NCBI GenBank assembly: GCA_036272195.1
Contig: DATAZE010000049.1
Span: forward strand, 1-64,000
Length of the DNA: 64,000 bases
Direction of reading: 5' to 3'
Origin: Verrucomicrobiia bacterium
Lineage (GTDB): Bacteria > Verrucomicrobiota > Verrucomicrobiia > Limisphaerales > DASXHY01
Shown here: positions 17,353 to 26,570 of the stretch, one piece after another
Layout: each line of letters starts with the position of its first letter
How positions within the stretch are numbered: the first letter of the stretch is position 1
Made by a program: the position numbers and the translations under genes
Notes under the pieces: model-generated
What the model saw: the letters and a program-made list of their open reading frames with translations, nothing else
Databases searched by the model: none
Told to the model about the DNA's origin: nothing

Positions 17353-20300
17353 TCAATCTTCCGAAAACAAATATTCCAAATCTGTCTTCGACAGGCTGCG
17401 AGCAAAACCTTCTTCGCCGAGCACATCGGAAATTGTTTGCGCCTTGCTCTGTTGCAGTTCCCAGATTTTTTCCTCGACCGTCCCGGGCGAAATCAGCCGG
17501 TACGCATTCACGGTTTGCGTCTGACCGATGCGATGAGAGCGGTCGATGGCTTGCGCCTCGACAGCTGGATTCCACCACGGATCGTAAAGCACCACGTAGC
17601 TCGCAGTGGTCAGGTTCAAGCCGGTGCCGGCCGCGCGCAGGCTAAGCAGGAACACCGCGGCATTCGGATCGCTCTGGAACGCGCTGACGACTTCCTGACG
17701 GTCCTTGGTCTGGCCGGTAAGAATGTGCGTGTTGATATTGTGCGTTTTGCATTCCTTTTCCAGCAACTCAAGCATCTGCACAAATTGGCTGAAGACGAGC
17801 ACCTTCTGTCCTTCGGCCACCAATGAATCGAGCAATTCGAATAGCGTCTCGGTTTTGCCGGAAGCCGAATCGTTGCCCACGAGTCTGGGATGACAGCAAA
17901 TCTGGCGTAAACGAGTCAGCGCGGCCAGGACGTGCATCTTGCTCTTGTTGATACCTTGCGTCGCGACGACCTGCATGACCTGGTCGCGGCTGCGGCGCAA
18001 TTCAGCCAGGTAAAGTTTCCGCTGCTCCTCGCCAAGTTCGCAGTCGCGGCGTTGCTCAATACGATCCGGCAAATCCTTCGCGACATGCTTTTTCAAGCGG
18101 CGCAACAACAACGGCCGCAGTTTGGCCGAGAGCCGTCGACGAGCGATGCGCTGCGCGGATTCCGCGTTCTCGATGCCGCGCGGCTCGTAAGTCTCCAGAA
18201 AATGTTCCTGCGTGCCCAGGTAGGTCGGCTGCACAAAATCTACGATGCTCCACAAATCGAGCAACCGGTTCTCCAGCGGCGTGCCGGTGAGCGCCAGCCG
18301 ATGTTCGGACTTCAATTGCTTCACCGATTGCGTGACCTGCGCGCCGGGGTTTTTGATAAATTGCGCTTCGTCCAAAATGACGGTGCGGAACGCGAACTTC
18401 TGCAGTTCCTCCAAGTCGCGGCGCAGGAGCGCGTAGTTCGTGACGATGATATCGTGCTGCGGGATTTTCTTGCGCAAACCGTGCCGCGCTGCGCCGCTTT
18501 CCAGCACGAGCACCTTCAAATGCGGGGTGAAGCGCTCCGCTTCGCGCCGCCAGTTGTGCAACACGGATGCCGGGCAAATAACCAGCGACGGCTTGTGATT
18601 CTTCTTATTCTGCGCCTGCAACCACGCCAGCCACGTGAGCGTTTGCAGGGTTTTGCCGAGGCCCATGTCGTCGGCCAGAATTCCACCAAGCCTGATTTGC
18701 GTGAGGTGACAGAGGAAATCGAAACCGTCTTTCTGATACGGACGCAGTCCCGCCTGCACAGTGGAGGGAATTTCCGTTGAGGGAACACCTTTGAAATTCT
18801 TCAGATTCTCGCGCAACACGGCCGCCTGCGGAGAATCCGCGAAACGTTTCAACGTTTCATCGTCCAAATGCGCCGCCTGCTCGAGACCAATGCGATGCGC
18901 AATCGGCACCAGTCCATCCACGCCGATGTCCGCCATCGTTTCATGCGCCGATTGGACGGCGTTCGTATCCAATTCCACCCAGCCGGAATCTGGCAACTTC
19001 ACGAAACGGCTGGTGGCTGCGGCCAACCGTTGCAAATCGGCGGCTGAGAGTTTGAGTCCTTCCTGCTCCCATTCCGCCGAAACCGAAAGCCAATCAATGC
19101 CGCTGCCTTTCACGATCAACCGCGGCTTAAGTTGGCGCGGTTGCAGGAACAAGCGATGAAACGCCGGGTTCCCGAGGCACTCAACTTCCGGCGGGCGATT
19201 GGCCCACGCGCGGGCGAGCAGCCCGAGGAAATTTTCGTTCGCATCGCCGACCCACAGGCCCGGTTCGGGCGTGAACCAATCCAATTGGCGCAACCACTGT
19301 GTAGCTGGTTCGAGGCGGGGGTCGTCGAGGATTTCCGGTTTGTCGTTGGCGCGTCTGCGCGGCTCATTGGTCAGCCAATCGTGACCGTTCCAAAACCACA
19401 CGCTGTCGTCGCGCTGGCTTTTCGCCAGGAGACGCAGCCGGACGGTTTCATCGAGCAGCTCGAAAATGAACTGTGGCTTGGCCGGATGCGCCACGCATAG
19501 TTCCTCCCAATCCAAACCGTGGCTCGCCTGCGTGCGCCGCAAATGCGTGAGCAATCGATGACTCAACTTGCGCACCGGCACGGCCGGCCGGTCCTTCCAC
19601 AATTCGAGCACGGAGGAAGGCGGTGCGTTGCGGAGCAGGTAAAAAGTATTTCCCGCCAGCGCAAGCGGCGGTTGGCTGGAGAAGAAATAAACATCCGGCA
19701 GCGCGTGCACCTGCCCGTCCGGCAGTTTAAGCCGGTGGGTAAAGGACAGATCGCGGCCTTCGCCGTTTTCCAGGTGCGGCGTTAATTCAGCAACCTGCCC
19801 GTGAAAGTGCAGCGCCTTTTGATCCGTTGCAGATTCCAGCCGCGCGGTGTGGCCCCAGTGCGCCAGCCAGTGCATCAGTTCAGCGTTCGATAACACCAGC
19901 GTATCATCGCCGTCCTGCCGATTGGAATGCGTTTGGGCGAGCCACTGGATGAATTCCCAATCGTGCGGCGGAAAAAGTTCCTGCTCGTGCGCCGCGCGGG
20001 TCGTCAATTCGACCATGTCCTGCAATGACCGCAATTTCTCGCCGGTCCGCGGGCGCATCAGATGAAATTGGACGGTCAGACGGAAACGCGACGCGTTGTC
20101 GGGATCCGATTGCGGCTGGCAAATGACCCGTAACGTCGCGCGCGGTGAATCCAGGTGCACCGGCTTGGGCGGGAAAAGCCAATGTTCCAGTTCGCGGATG
20201 AGCTTTTGTTCCAGTTCGGCCTCCTCGACCTGCGCAAAACGGCCGAGATTGGCGTGGGCGGACAATTCAGTCGGTGGGGGCCGGCGGGCGCGTAAAAAGA

Positions 20301-20757
20301 GAAATGCGAGTTCCTCCAGACGCCCCTTGCCTTGGGCGGCCAGCAAACGTGGCCACCAATCCGTGGCGGGAAAATCCCGGCGCGAAAGCGACAGTTTCTC
20401 GAAGTAATCTTCGAGCAGCAACCAGGCCCGCTGCGAGTCGGCGCAGGTGGAAAAGCTGTTCAGGAGTTCTTCGCGCTCAGCGACAGCCGATTTTGAATCG
20501 GACAATTCGCGGCGCAGATCTGCCAGCGCACCGTAAGTCTGAGAGAGAACTTTCTGGTGCGCGTCGTATTTCGTGCTTCCTGAGCGCGAGCCGTTTTTAT
20601 TTTTCGATAGAGCCTTTGCCATTCTGATTAAAAGCAACCCGCCTAAACGGCCGAAGCCGGTGGCGGCACTTCCATCGCGACCGCTCCTGGCGCGAAGGAA
20701 AACCCATAAAACAACTAGCGGCCTATCATCTCGACATAGATTGGCCATTCCGGTCAA
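17353..20757 (-). CDS. SNF2-family helicase (RapA/HepA-like), ~600-aa N-terminal region of unknown function
   Basis: Motifs LRPYQKDGFDFL, ILADDMGLGKTLQTL (I), DEAQFIKN (II), LTGTPLENRL (III), helicase-C LLSLRAAGTGLNLTTASYVVLYDPWWNPAVEAQAIDRSHRIGQ. The true start may be the internal Met at ~20622. Confidence 0.85.
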   Translation of the reverse strand: MTGMANLCRDDRPLVVLWVFLRARSGRDGSAATGFGRLGGLLLIRMAKALSKNKNGSRSGSTKYDAHQKVLSQTYGALADLRRELSDSKSAVAEREELLNSFSTCADSQRAWLLLEDYFEKLSLSRRDFPATDWWPRLLAAQGKGRLEELAFLFLRARRPPPTELSAHANLGRFAQVEEAELEQKLIRELEHWLFPPKPVHLDSPRATLRVICQPQSDPDNASRFRLTVQFHLMRPRTGEKLRSLQDMVELTTRAAHEQELFPPHDWEFIQWLAQTHSNRQDGDDTLVLSNAELMHWLAHWGHTARLESATDQKALHFHGQVAELTPHLENGEGRDLSFTHRLKLPDGQVHALPDVYFFSSQPPLALAGNTFYLLRNAPPSSVLELWKDRPAVPVRKLSHRLLTHLRRTQASHGLDWEELCVAHPAKPQFIFELLDETVRLRLLAKSQRDDSVWFWNGHDWLTNEPRRRANDKPEILDDPRLEPATQWLRQLDWFTPEPGLWVGDANENFLGLLARAWANRPPEVECLGNPAFHRLFLQPRQLKPRLIVKGSGIDWLSVSAEWEQEGLKLSAADLQRLAAATSRFVKLPDSGWVELDTNAVQSAHETMADIGVDGLVPIAHRIGLEQAAHLDDETLKRFADSPQAAVLRENLKNFKGVPSTEIPSTVQAGLRPYQKDGFDFLCHLTQIRLGGILADDMGLGKTLQTLTWLAWLQAQNKKNHKPSLVICPASVLHNWRREAERFTPHLKVLVLESGAARHGLRKKIPQHDIIVTNYALLRRDLEELQKFAFRTVILDEAQFIKNPGAQVTQSVKQLKSEHRLALTGTPLENRLLDLWSIVDFVQPTYLGTQEHFLETYEPRGIENAESAQRIARRRLSAKLRPLLLRRLKKHVAKDLPDRIEQRRDCELGEEQRKLYLAELRRSRDQVMQVVATQGINKSKMHVLAALTRLRQICCHPRLVGNDSASGKTETLFELLDSLVAEGQKVLVFSQFVQMLELLEKECKTHNINTHILTGQTKDRQEVVSAFQSDPNAAVFLLSLRAAGTGLNLTTASYVVLYDPWWNPAVEAQAIDRSHRIGQTQTVNAYRLISPGTVEEKIWELQQSKAQTISDVLGEEGFARSLSKTDLEYLFSED

Positions 20758-21021
20758 TCAGAAAGCGCAAAAATCTTGATTGTGACAAGGAAGTTGTCCG
20801 GAAGATTTCGGAAAGAAACCGGGCTGAATTCAGCAGAAATATTGCAAAAAGTAGCTAAAAATGACGGTAATTCCTTTTTCTTCGCCATGCGCTAAATGAA
20901 ATTTTGATGCCTGTTTTACTCAATTCAGCCCCTACCCCCGAACACCAAAGACTCGTCGATTGAATCAAAAGCACTCCTATGACTATCAACCCCACCGGAG
21001 AGTCGGTCGCTCAGAAGCTTC

Positions 21022-22041
21022 TTGTTTTTGCGGCGTAAAATCTCCTACTTTTTGGAAATGAGTTTTGGGGAGAAACGTCGATTTCAAATTTGCTTGGAGA
21101 AGGGGGGGCCGATTCTTTCGCTATGTTGGGATGGCGACGATTTAGTTGACTGGGCAGGTGGTGGACGTCGGTTCTCCCTTGACGGCTCCATTACGCGGCC
21201 CAATGTTCTCTGGGCATATCCTTTCGACAGAGCCATTTGCAGTCGCAACGGAAATTACCAAATCATCTATCAAACACTGGGAACAAAAGGCCTGATTATC
21301 CAAGGGAACAAACTGATCCGGGAAATCAATCGCAGTTTTTACCATGCCGATGTCTACGAATATCCAATTGCATTCGTATGTTGTCCAGGACGCGGAGTGG
21401 GAATTGCCCATTGTCCAGCGGAGTATTGCAGGCTCGAAATCGAGGACGTTGAATCAGGCAAGCCATTGACATGGCGTTCGGGAAAATCTCCGGATTTTTT
21501 TCATTCCCGTCTCCAGACAAGTCTGGATGGCAAATACCTTCTCAGTGCGGGATGGGTATGGCATCCGATAGACCACGCATGCCTGTTTTCGATTGAAAAG
21601 GCATTCAGAGACCCTGCACACTTGGATAATCCGATCGATTTTGAATTGCCTGATGAGTTCTCCGAGGTGAACTCCGCCACTTTTCAAGGAAACGATGCAT
21701 TGCTTCTGGCCGGGAGTTCGGAATCCGGCGATTCAAAAGCGTTTATTGGACGGTATAATCTCAAGGAGGCAACCATCGAAACAAAATCCGCACTGGAAAC
21801 GGCGCCCGGCAATATAATGGCAGTTGGCTCAGATCACTTCGTAGGATTTCATGAGTATCCCAAACTATTCGAGATTTCTTCAGGCAAAATAATCCGGAGT
21901 TGGCCGGAATTGAAATCTGGCACCCGATATTCGAGTATCATCCACCATCTGGAACCGCAACCTGCAGTGGCTTTGGATCCGGTTCACCAGAGGTTTGCTG
22001 TCGCAAATGAAGCAGGTATCACCGTGATTGAGTTAGGTTAA
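21022..22041 (+). CDS. hypothetical protein, low-GC (~45-48%) gene, probably horizontally acquired
   Basis: Long ORF with coding-like composition in an AT-rich island (20760-22060) flanked by ~60% GC genes. No recognisable motif. Possible start at 21061. Confidence 0.45.
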   Translation: MFLRRKISYFLEMSFGEKRRFQICLEKGGPILSLCWDGDDLVDWAGGGRRFSLDGSITRPNVLWAYPFDRAICSRNGNYQIIYQTLGTKGLIIQGNKLIREINRSFYHADVYEYPIAFVCCPGRGVGIAHCPAEYCRLEIEDVESGKPLTWRSGKSPDFFHSRLQTSLDGKYLLSAGWVWHPIDHACLFSIEKAFRDPAHLDNPIDFELPDEFSEVNSATFQGNDALLLAGSSESGDSKAFIGRYNLKEATIETKSALETAPGNIMAVGSDHFVGFHEYPKLFEISSGKIIRSWPELKSGTRYSSIIHHLEPQPAVALDPVHQRFAVANEAGITVIELG

Positions 22042-22124
22042 ACGAACCTGTCGCGCAGCAGTGATTCGCTCTTGAACATTCCTCACTGGATTCCCCGATT
22101 GAACTCATGTAACGTTCCGCGACT

Positions 22125-23271
22125 ATGTTTGACACCATCACGGCGGAAATTTCGACGGCGGCGGAGAAACTCGCGCATCTGCGGAGGTTTCTTTGACGTC
22201 CCGGGCGCGCAAAAACGGATAACGGAACTGACTGCTTTGATGGCGGGTGAGACCTTCTGGAACAGTCGCGAACACGCCCAAAAGGTCATCGACGAATCCA
22301 ATTCGCTCCGCAATAAGATCGAGCCATTGCTCAAGGCGGAAAAGCAACTCGAAGATTTCCAGGTGATGGTCGAGTTGGGTGAAGCCGAGCCGCCAGAGGC
22401 CCAGGCTAAAATCCAAAAAGAACTCGAAGCCGACCTCGCCAAGTTTTTCAAACAACTTGAGGCGACGGAACTGCGGGTTTTTCTCAACGGCCCGCACGAC
22501 AAGAATAATTGCATCCTGAGCATCAACTCCGGCGCGGGTGGCACCGAGGCCTGCGATTGGGCGAATATGCTCCTGCGGATGTATCAACGCTGGGCGGAAT
22601 CGCGCGGCTGGGAGATTGAGGTCACCGACGCGTTGCCCGGTGAAGGCGCGGGCATCAAAAGCGCCACCATGCTGATCACGGGGGAGAATGCCTACGGCTT
22701 TTGCAAAGCGGAGCGTGGCGTTCATCGGCTCGTGCGCATCTCGCCGTTTGATTCCAACAAACGTCGCCATACCAGTTTCGCGAGCGTGGACACGATTGCG
22801 GAACTCGAGGAGGACACCACGGAAATCGTCATTCCGCCGAATGAATTTTCGGTGGACACCTTTCGTTCCGGCGGCAAAGGCGGCCAGAACGTGAACAAGG
22901 TGGAAACTGCAGTGCGTATTACGCACATTCCCACCGGCCTGGTCGTGGCTTCGCAAGCGCAACGTTCGCAGCATCAGAACCGCGCCACCGCGATGAAGCT
23001 CCTGCTGTCCCGCATTTTCGCGCAACGGCTCGATGCCGCCAAGGCGGACATGGAAAAATTTTATGGCGAAAAAGGCAGCGTCTCCTGGGGCAACCAGATT
23101 CGCAGCTACGTTTTTCAACCTTACCGAATGGTCAAAGACCTGCGCACCGGCGTTGAGACGAGCGACGTGCAAGGCGTAATGGATGGCAACCTTGATCCAT
23201 ACGTTAACGGCTGGCTACGCGCCGGCTGCCCGGCGAAGCGCATGCAGGGCGTGAAGGATGAAGAAGATTAA
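22125..23271 (+). CDS. prfB: peptide chain release factor 2, with programmed +1 ribosomal frameshift at 22191-22197 (CTT TGA C)
   Basis: Frame-0 ORF ATG 22125...LRRFL-TGA. SD-like GGAGG 3 nt upstream of CTTTGAC is the canonical RF2 autoregulatory site. The +1 frame continues DVPGAQKRITEL... through SPF, GGQ (SGGKGGQNVNK) and RF2 motifs to 23271. Confidence 0.9.
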
Positions 23272-23336
23272 CGCAAAGACGCAAAGACGCAAAGAAAAGA
23301 ACGGCTCTGCGACTTTGCTTCTTTGCGCCTTTGCGT
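23271..23336. repeat. (ACGCAAAG)x3 tandem octamer facing three inverted copies, ~24-bp stem hairpin between prfB and trpC
   Basis: ACGCAAAGACGCAAAGACGCAAAG-aaaagaacggctctgcga-CTTTGCTTCTTTGCGCCTTTGCGT, 22/24 pairing. Overlaps prfB stop, ends 9 nt before trpC ATG. Confidence 0.5.
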
Positions 23337-23344
23337 TGAATTCC

Positions 23345-24241
23345 ATGGCAAATATTTTAGATACCATCGTTGAAGAAAAGAAACGCGAGGTCGCGCGGCT
23401 ACCGGAGCGCGTGCTGGCCGCGGGCGATTTACGCGATGCCATGCTGGAACACGGCGAACGGCGCGATTTCATGGCTGCGCTAAGATCACGTAGCAGCCGA
23501 GGTAACGAGGCTCAAATCAAACCGGAGCCTCCTAACGTCGGCGGCTACAATTCAATTGCGCTGATTGCGGAAGTGAAGAAGGCCTCCCCATCGGCGGGCA
23601 TTATTTGCAAAGATTTTGATCCCGTTAAGATTGCCAGGGAATACGAAGCGGCAGGCGCGAGTTGTTTGTCAGTGCTAACGGACGAAAAGTTTTTCCAAGG
23701 CTCGCTGGATTACCTGCGGCAAATTCGCGCAGCCGTGAAGCTGCCGCTGTTGCGCAAGGATTTCATCATCGACGAGCGGCAGATTCTGGAAGCCATCGAG
23801 TGGGGCGCGGATGCGATTTTGTTGATCGTGGCGATTCTCGACGACGAGCGCTTGAAACGCTTCCATTCACTGGCGAAAGGCGCTGGCTTGTCTGTGCTGG
23901 TGGAAGTGCACGACGAAGCTGAATTGGAACGCGCGCTGGCGATTGGCGCCGATCTCATTGGCGTGAACAATCGCGATTTGAAAACTTTCAAAGTGGATTT
24001 AGGAACGACGGAACGGCTGGCGGCTAAACTTTATAGTGGCACGGGCATCTTGCCCGTGCGATTGCAGAAAGAAACGCACGGGCAAGATGCCCGTGCCACT
24101 ATGCTCGTCGCCGAAAGCGGCATTCACACGCGAGCGGACGTCGAGCGGTTGACCAAATGCGGCGCGGCGGCAATTCTGGTTGGCGAATCGTTAATGAAGG
24201 GCGGGGATATTCGGGCGAAAGTGAAGGAATTGATTGCCTGA
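23345..24241 (+). CDS. trpC: indole-3-glycerol phosphate synthase, carrying an in-frame 22-aa insertion encoded by a palindromic repeat
   Basis: IGPS motifs (ALIAEVKKASPSAG, SVLTDEKFFQGS, LPLLRKDFIIDERQILEA, VLVEVHDE, IGVNNRDL, VAESGI). Start at MANILDTIVEEKK (23345); the upstream part of the track ORF is the hairpin region. Confidence 0.85.
   Translation: MANILDTIVEEKKREVARLPERVLAAGDLRDAMLEHGERRDFMAALRSRSSRGNEAQIKPEPPNVGGYNSIALIAEVKKASPSAGIICKDFDPVKIAREYEAAGASCLSVLTDEKFFQGSLDYLRQIRAAVKLPLLRKDFIIDERQILEAIEWGADAILLIVAILDDERLKRFHSLAKGAGLSVLVEVHDEAELERALAIGADLIGVNNRDLKTFKVDLGTTERLAAKLYSGTGILPVRLQKETHGQDARATMLVAESGIHTRADVERLTKCGAAAILVGESLMKGGDIRAKVKELIA
24035..24100. repeat. REP-like doublet: two inverted copies of a 26-bp palindromic unit (AGTGGCACGGGCATCTTGCCCGTGCG) with 14-nt spacer, inside the trpC reading frame
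   Basis: Copy 1 24035-24060, copy 2 (inverted) 24075-24100. 66 bp = 22 codons starting on a codon boundary (SGTGILPVRLQKETHGQDARAT), no stop. Third copy at 36676-36701. Confidence 0.7.
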
Positions 24242-24323
24242 ATGGCGGGGGTTCGAGCGCCGTAGGCGCGGAATATTTGCAGAACACGTCGCGAAAAAAT
24301 TCCAAAGCTCAAAACCGTTGCTA

Positions 24324-25175
24324 TTAATTTGCAGGGTATACATTGTTTGTAGACTTCGGATCATGCGAATAAATCAGGCTGTTCAATTTCGCCACCGCAT
24401 CTTCGTTGCCCTGCTGCGAACATTTCTTAAGCCAGTATATTGCGAGGTCGCGGTTTGTTTCACACCCCTGCCCCTTCAAATAGTGAAGTGCCAAGCCGTA
24501 TTGTGCGGAAACGCTTCCGTTTGTGGCCTCGGGCGCGAGCCAGATCACCGCATTTGATTGTGCGATGAATTGCGCTAATTGGGATCGGGCTTTTGCCGCT
24601 GCGTTGGCCTTGGATACCGCCTCATTATATTTCGACACCCATTCGGGGGGAGGCAAGCACGGTGTTCCGTAGTCGATAGCACGGATTGTCCTCGATCCTC
24701 CAGAAACCGCGGTGTAACTATAGGTGCCGATGTACCGCCCGAGAAAATGCTCTTGAATCGAAATAACCTCGTTCTCAGCAACGGAAAACGGAAAGTTTTT
24801 CACAAAGAATTCTCGATTGTCGTCATGATAAGCATCGCTTCCGTAATAATGCGGGCTTTCTCCGAAATCTCCCATTATCCGAATTCCCTCGGGCTGAACC
24901 TCTACCACTTTTCCGCAAAATTGCACCATGTCGCATCCGGCGACAAAGTTTGTTCCTCCATTAAAAATTCTCCACGGGTGACGATTATATGCCGCTATCA
25001 TTTCTTGGGTGCGAAGCTCTTGTGCGTGTTTTGCTTGTTCGACCTGTTCGGCAGTCACCATAGCATCGATCGTTGTCCCGCCAGAATACTGCCCAACAAA
25101 TTGCCCTCCACCTATTGCGATTTCGATTCCAAAGCTAAATATCGTCGCAAAGAGAATTCGTTGATGTGCATTCAT
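24324..25175 (-). CDS. hypothetical secreted protein with C-terminal Sel1-like repeats, low-GC gene
   Basis: N-terminal hydrophobic segment. C-terminal AQYGLALHYLKGQGCETNRDLAIYWLKKCSQQGNEDA resembles Sel1/TPR-like repeats. Region ~47% GC. Confidence 0.45.
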   Translation of the reverse strand: MNAHQRILFATIFSFGIEIAIGGGQFVGQYSGGTTIDAMVTAEQVEQAKHAQELRTQEMIAAYNRHPWRIFNGGTNFVAGCDMVQFCGKVVEVQPEGIRIMGDFGESPHYYGSDAYHDDNREFFVKNFPFSVAENEVISIQEHFLGRYIGTYSYTAVSGGSRTIRAIDYGTPCLPPPEWVSKYNEAVSKANAAAKARSQLAQFIAQSNAVIWLAPEATNGSVSAQYGLALHYLKGQGCETNRDLAIYWLKKCSQQGNEDAVAKLNSLIYSHDPKSTNNVYPAN

Positions 25176-25258
25176 ATTGCAAAGTTATTGGACTTATTCA
25201 GATAGACACTATTTGTCCGACCCATTGTCCAAAATTACGGACCTGCTTTGTGTTTGAC

Positions 25259-26419
25259 CTACACCCTCACCCACTTGCCCGACTTCGCCGATTCTTCCAC
25301 CGCTTCCAACACGCGCTGATTTTTTAACCCATCCTCAAACGTCGGCTGAACCGACTTGCGGTCGACACACGCATTCACGAAATCCGCAACCGTGTGCACG
25401 AATGTATGTTCATAGCCGATAATGTGCCCCGGCGGCCACCACTGGCCCACGTAAGGATGAATCCCGTTTTGTTGCGTGACGATGATATCGCGGAAACCCT
25501 GCCGGTCCGGCGGATTGGTGTTATCGAAAAATTTCAGCCGATTCATGTCCTCGAAATCAAAGCAGAGCGACCCTTTGCTGCCGTTGATTTCAATTTGAAT
25601 GTGGTTTTTACGGCCCAATGCAAAACGCGTGGCTTCGAGATTGGCCAAGGCACCGTTTTCAAACGTGCCCAGGAAAATCGCAGCGTCATCCACCGTCACC
25701 TTCCCCATTTTGCGCTGTGACTTGGGCACGAGCGCGGCGCTTTTGACGGGCGATTCAATCGGGCGCTCCGGAATAAACGTGTGCATCATCCCGCACACTT
25801 TGGTGAACTCACCGACGAGATAGCGGCCGAGGTCGATGATGTGCGCGTTGATGTCACCATGAGCGCCGCTGCCGGAAACTTTTTTGTCGAGACGCCAGGT
25901 CATCGGAAAATCCGGGTCCACAATCCAGTCCTGGGCATAACGCGCGCGGTAGTGATAAATCTGCCCAATAGCGCCTTCGGAAATCATTTTTTTGGCGAGC
26001 GCAATCGCCGGGATACGGCGATAATTATGGCAGACCATGTGGACAATCTTGGATTTCTGCGCCGCGTTGAACATCGTCTGCGCCTGCTTCACCGTCATCG
26101 CCAGTGGTTTCTCACACAGCACATGCTTGCCGTTTTGCGCGGCCGCCACGGCAATTTCGCAATGGCTGTCGTTCGGCGTGTTGATGTCGATGATATCGAT
26201 GAGCGGGTCATTGATAAGCTCGCGCCAATCAGTTGAGGAATTTTGCCAGCCGAATTGCAAACGCGCCGCCTGCACGCCTGCGGAATCGCGTCCGCAGATG
26301 GTGTGCATTTCGACATGAGCTTTCAGCGGGAAAAATCGAGGGGCCTGACGCCAGGCATTCGAGTGGGCTTTCCCCATGAACCGATAACCGACCATTCCGA
26401 CGCGGAGAGTTTTCGCCAT
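25259..26419 (-). CDS. Gfo/Idh/MocA family oxidoreductase
   Basis: N-terminal Rossmann LRVGMVGYRFMGKAHSNAW, typical family length and C-terminal alpha/beta domain. Confidence 0.85.
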   Translation of the reverse strand: MAKTLRVGMVGYRFMGKAHSNAWRQAPRFFPLKAHVEMHTICGRDSAGVQAARLQFGWQNSSTDWRELINDPLIDIIDINTPNDSHCEIAVAAAQNGKHVLCEKPLAMTVKQAQTMFNAAQKSKIVHMVCHNYRRIPAIALAKKMISEGAIGQIYHYRARYAQDWIVDPDFPMTWRLDKKVSGSGAHGDINAHIIDLGRYLVGEFTKVCGMMHTFIPERPIESPVKSAALVPKSQRKMGKVTVDDAAIFLGTFENGALANLEATRFALGRKNHIQIEINGSKGSLCFDFEDMNRLKFFDNTNPPDRQGFRDIIVTQQNGIHPYVGQWWPPGHIIGYEHTFVHTVADFVNACVDRKSVQPTFEDGLKNQRVLEAVEESAKSGKWVRV

Positions 26420-26570
26420 AAAGTTGGTGGTTGAATTAGCGTCCGCCGTCTTTATAGTGACCTACGATTTTCAAGTCAATCGGCGACTGGGGCTTTGGCA
26501 TAAATCCGGCTTGAATCGTTCGTCAAAGTAAAGCCGTTTAAATTCAAAAGTCACTGTTTAACAAAGACTT

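Noticed and set aside
17932-18780. 282-aa plus-strand ORF inside the SNF2 helicase region
   Set aside because: Antisense to conserved SNF2 motifs; low-complexity Arg/Leu/Gln composition.
22138-23172. 344-aa minus-strand ORF
   Set aside because: Antisense to prfB.
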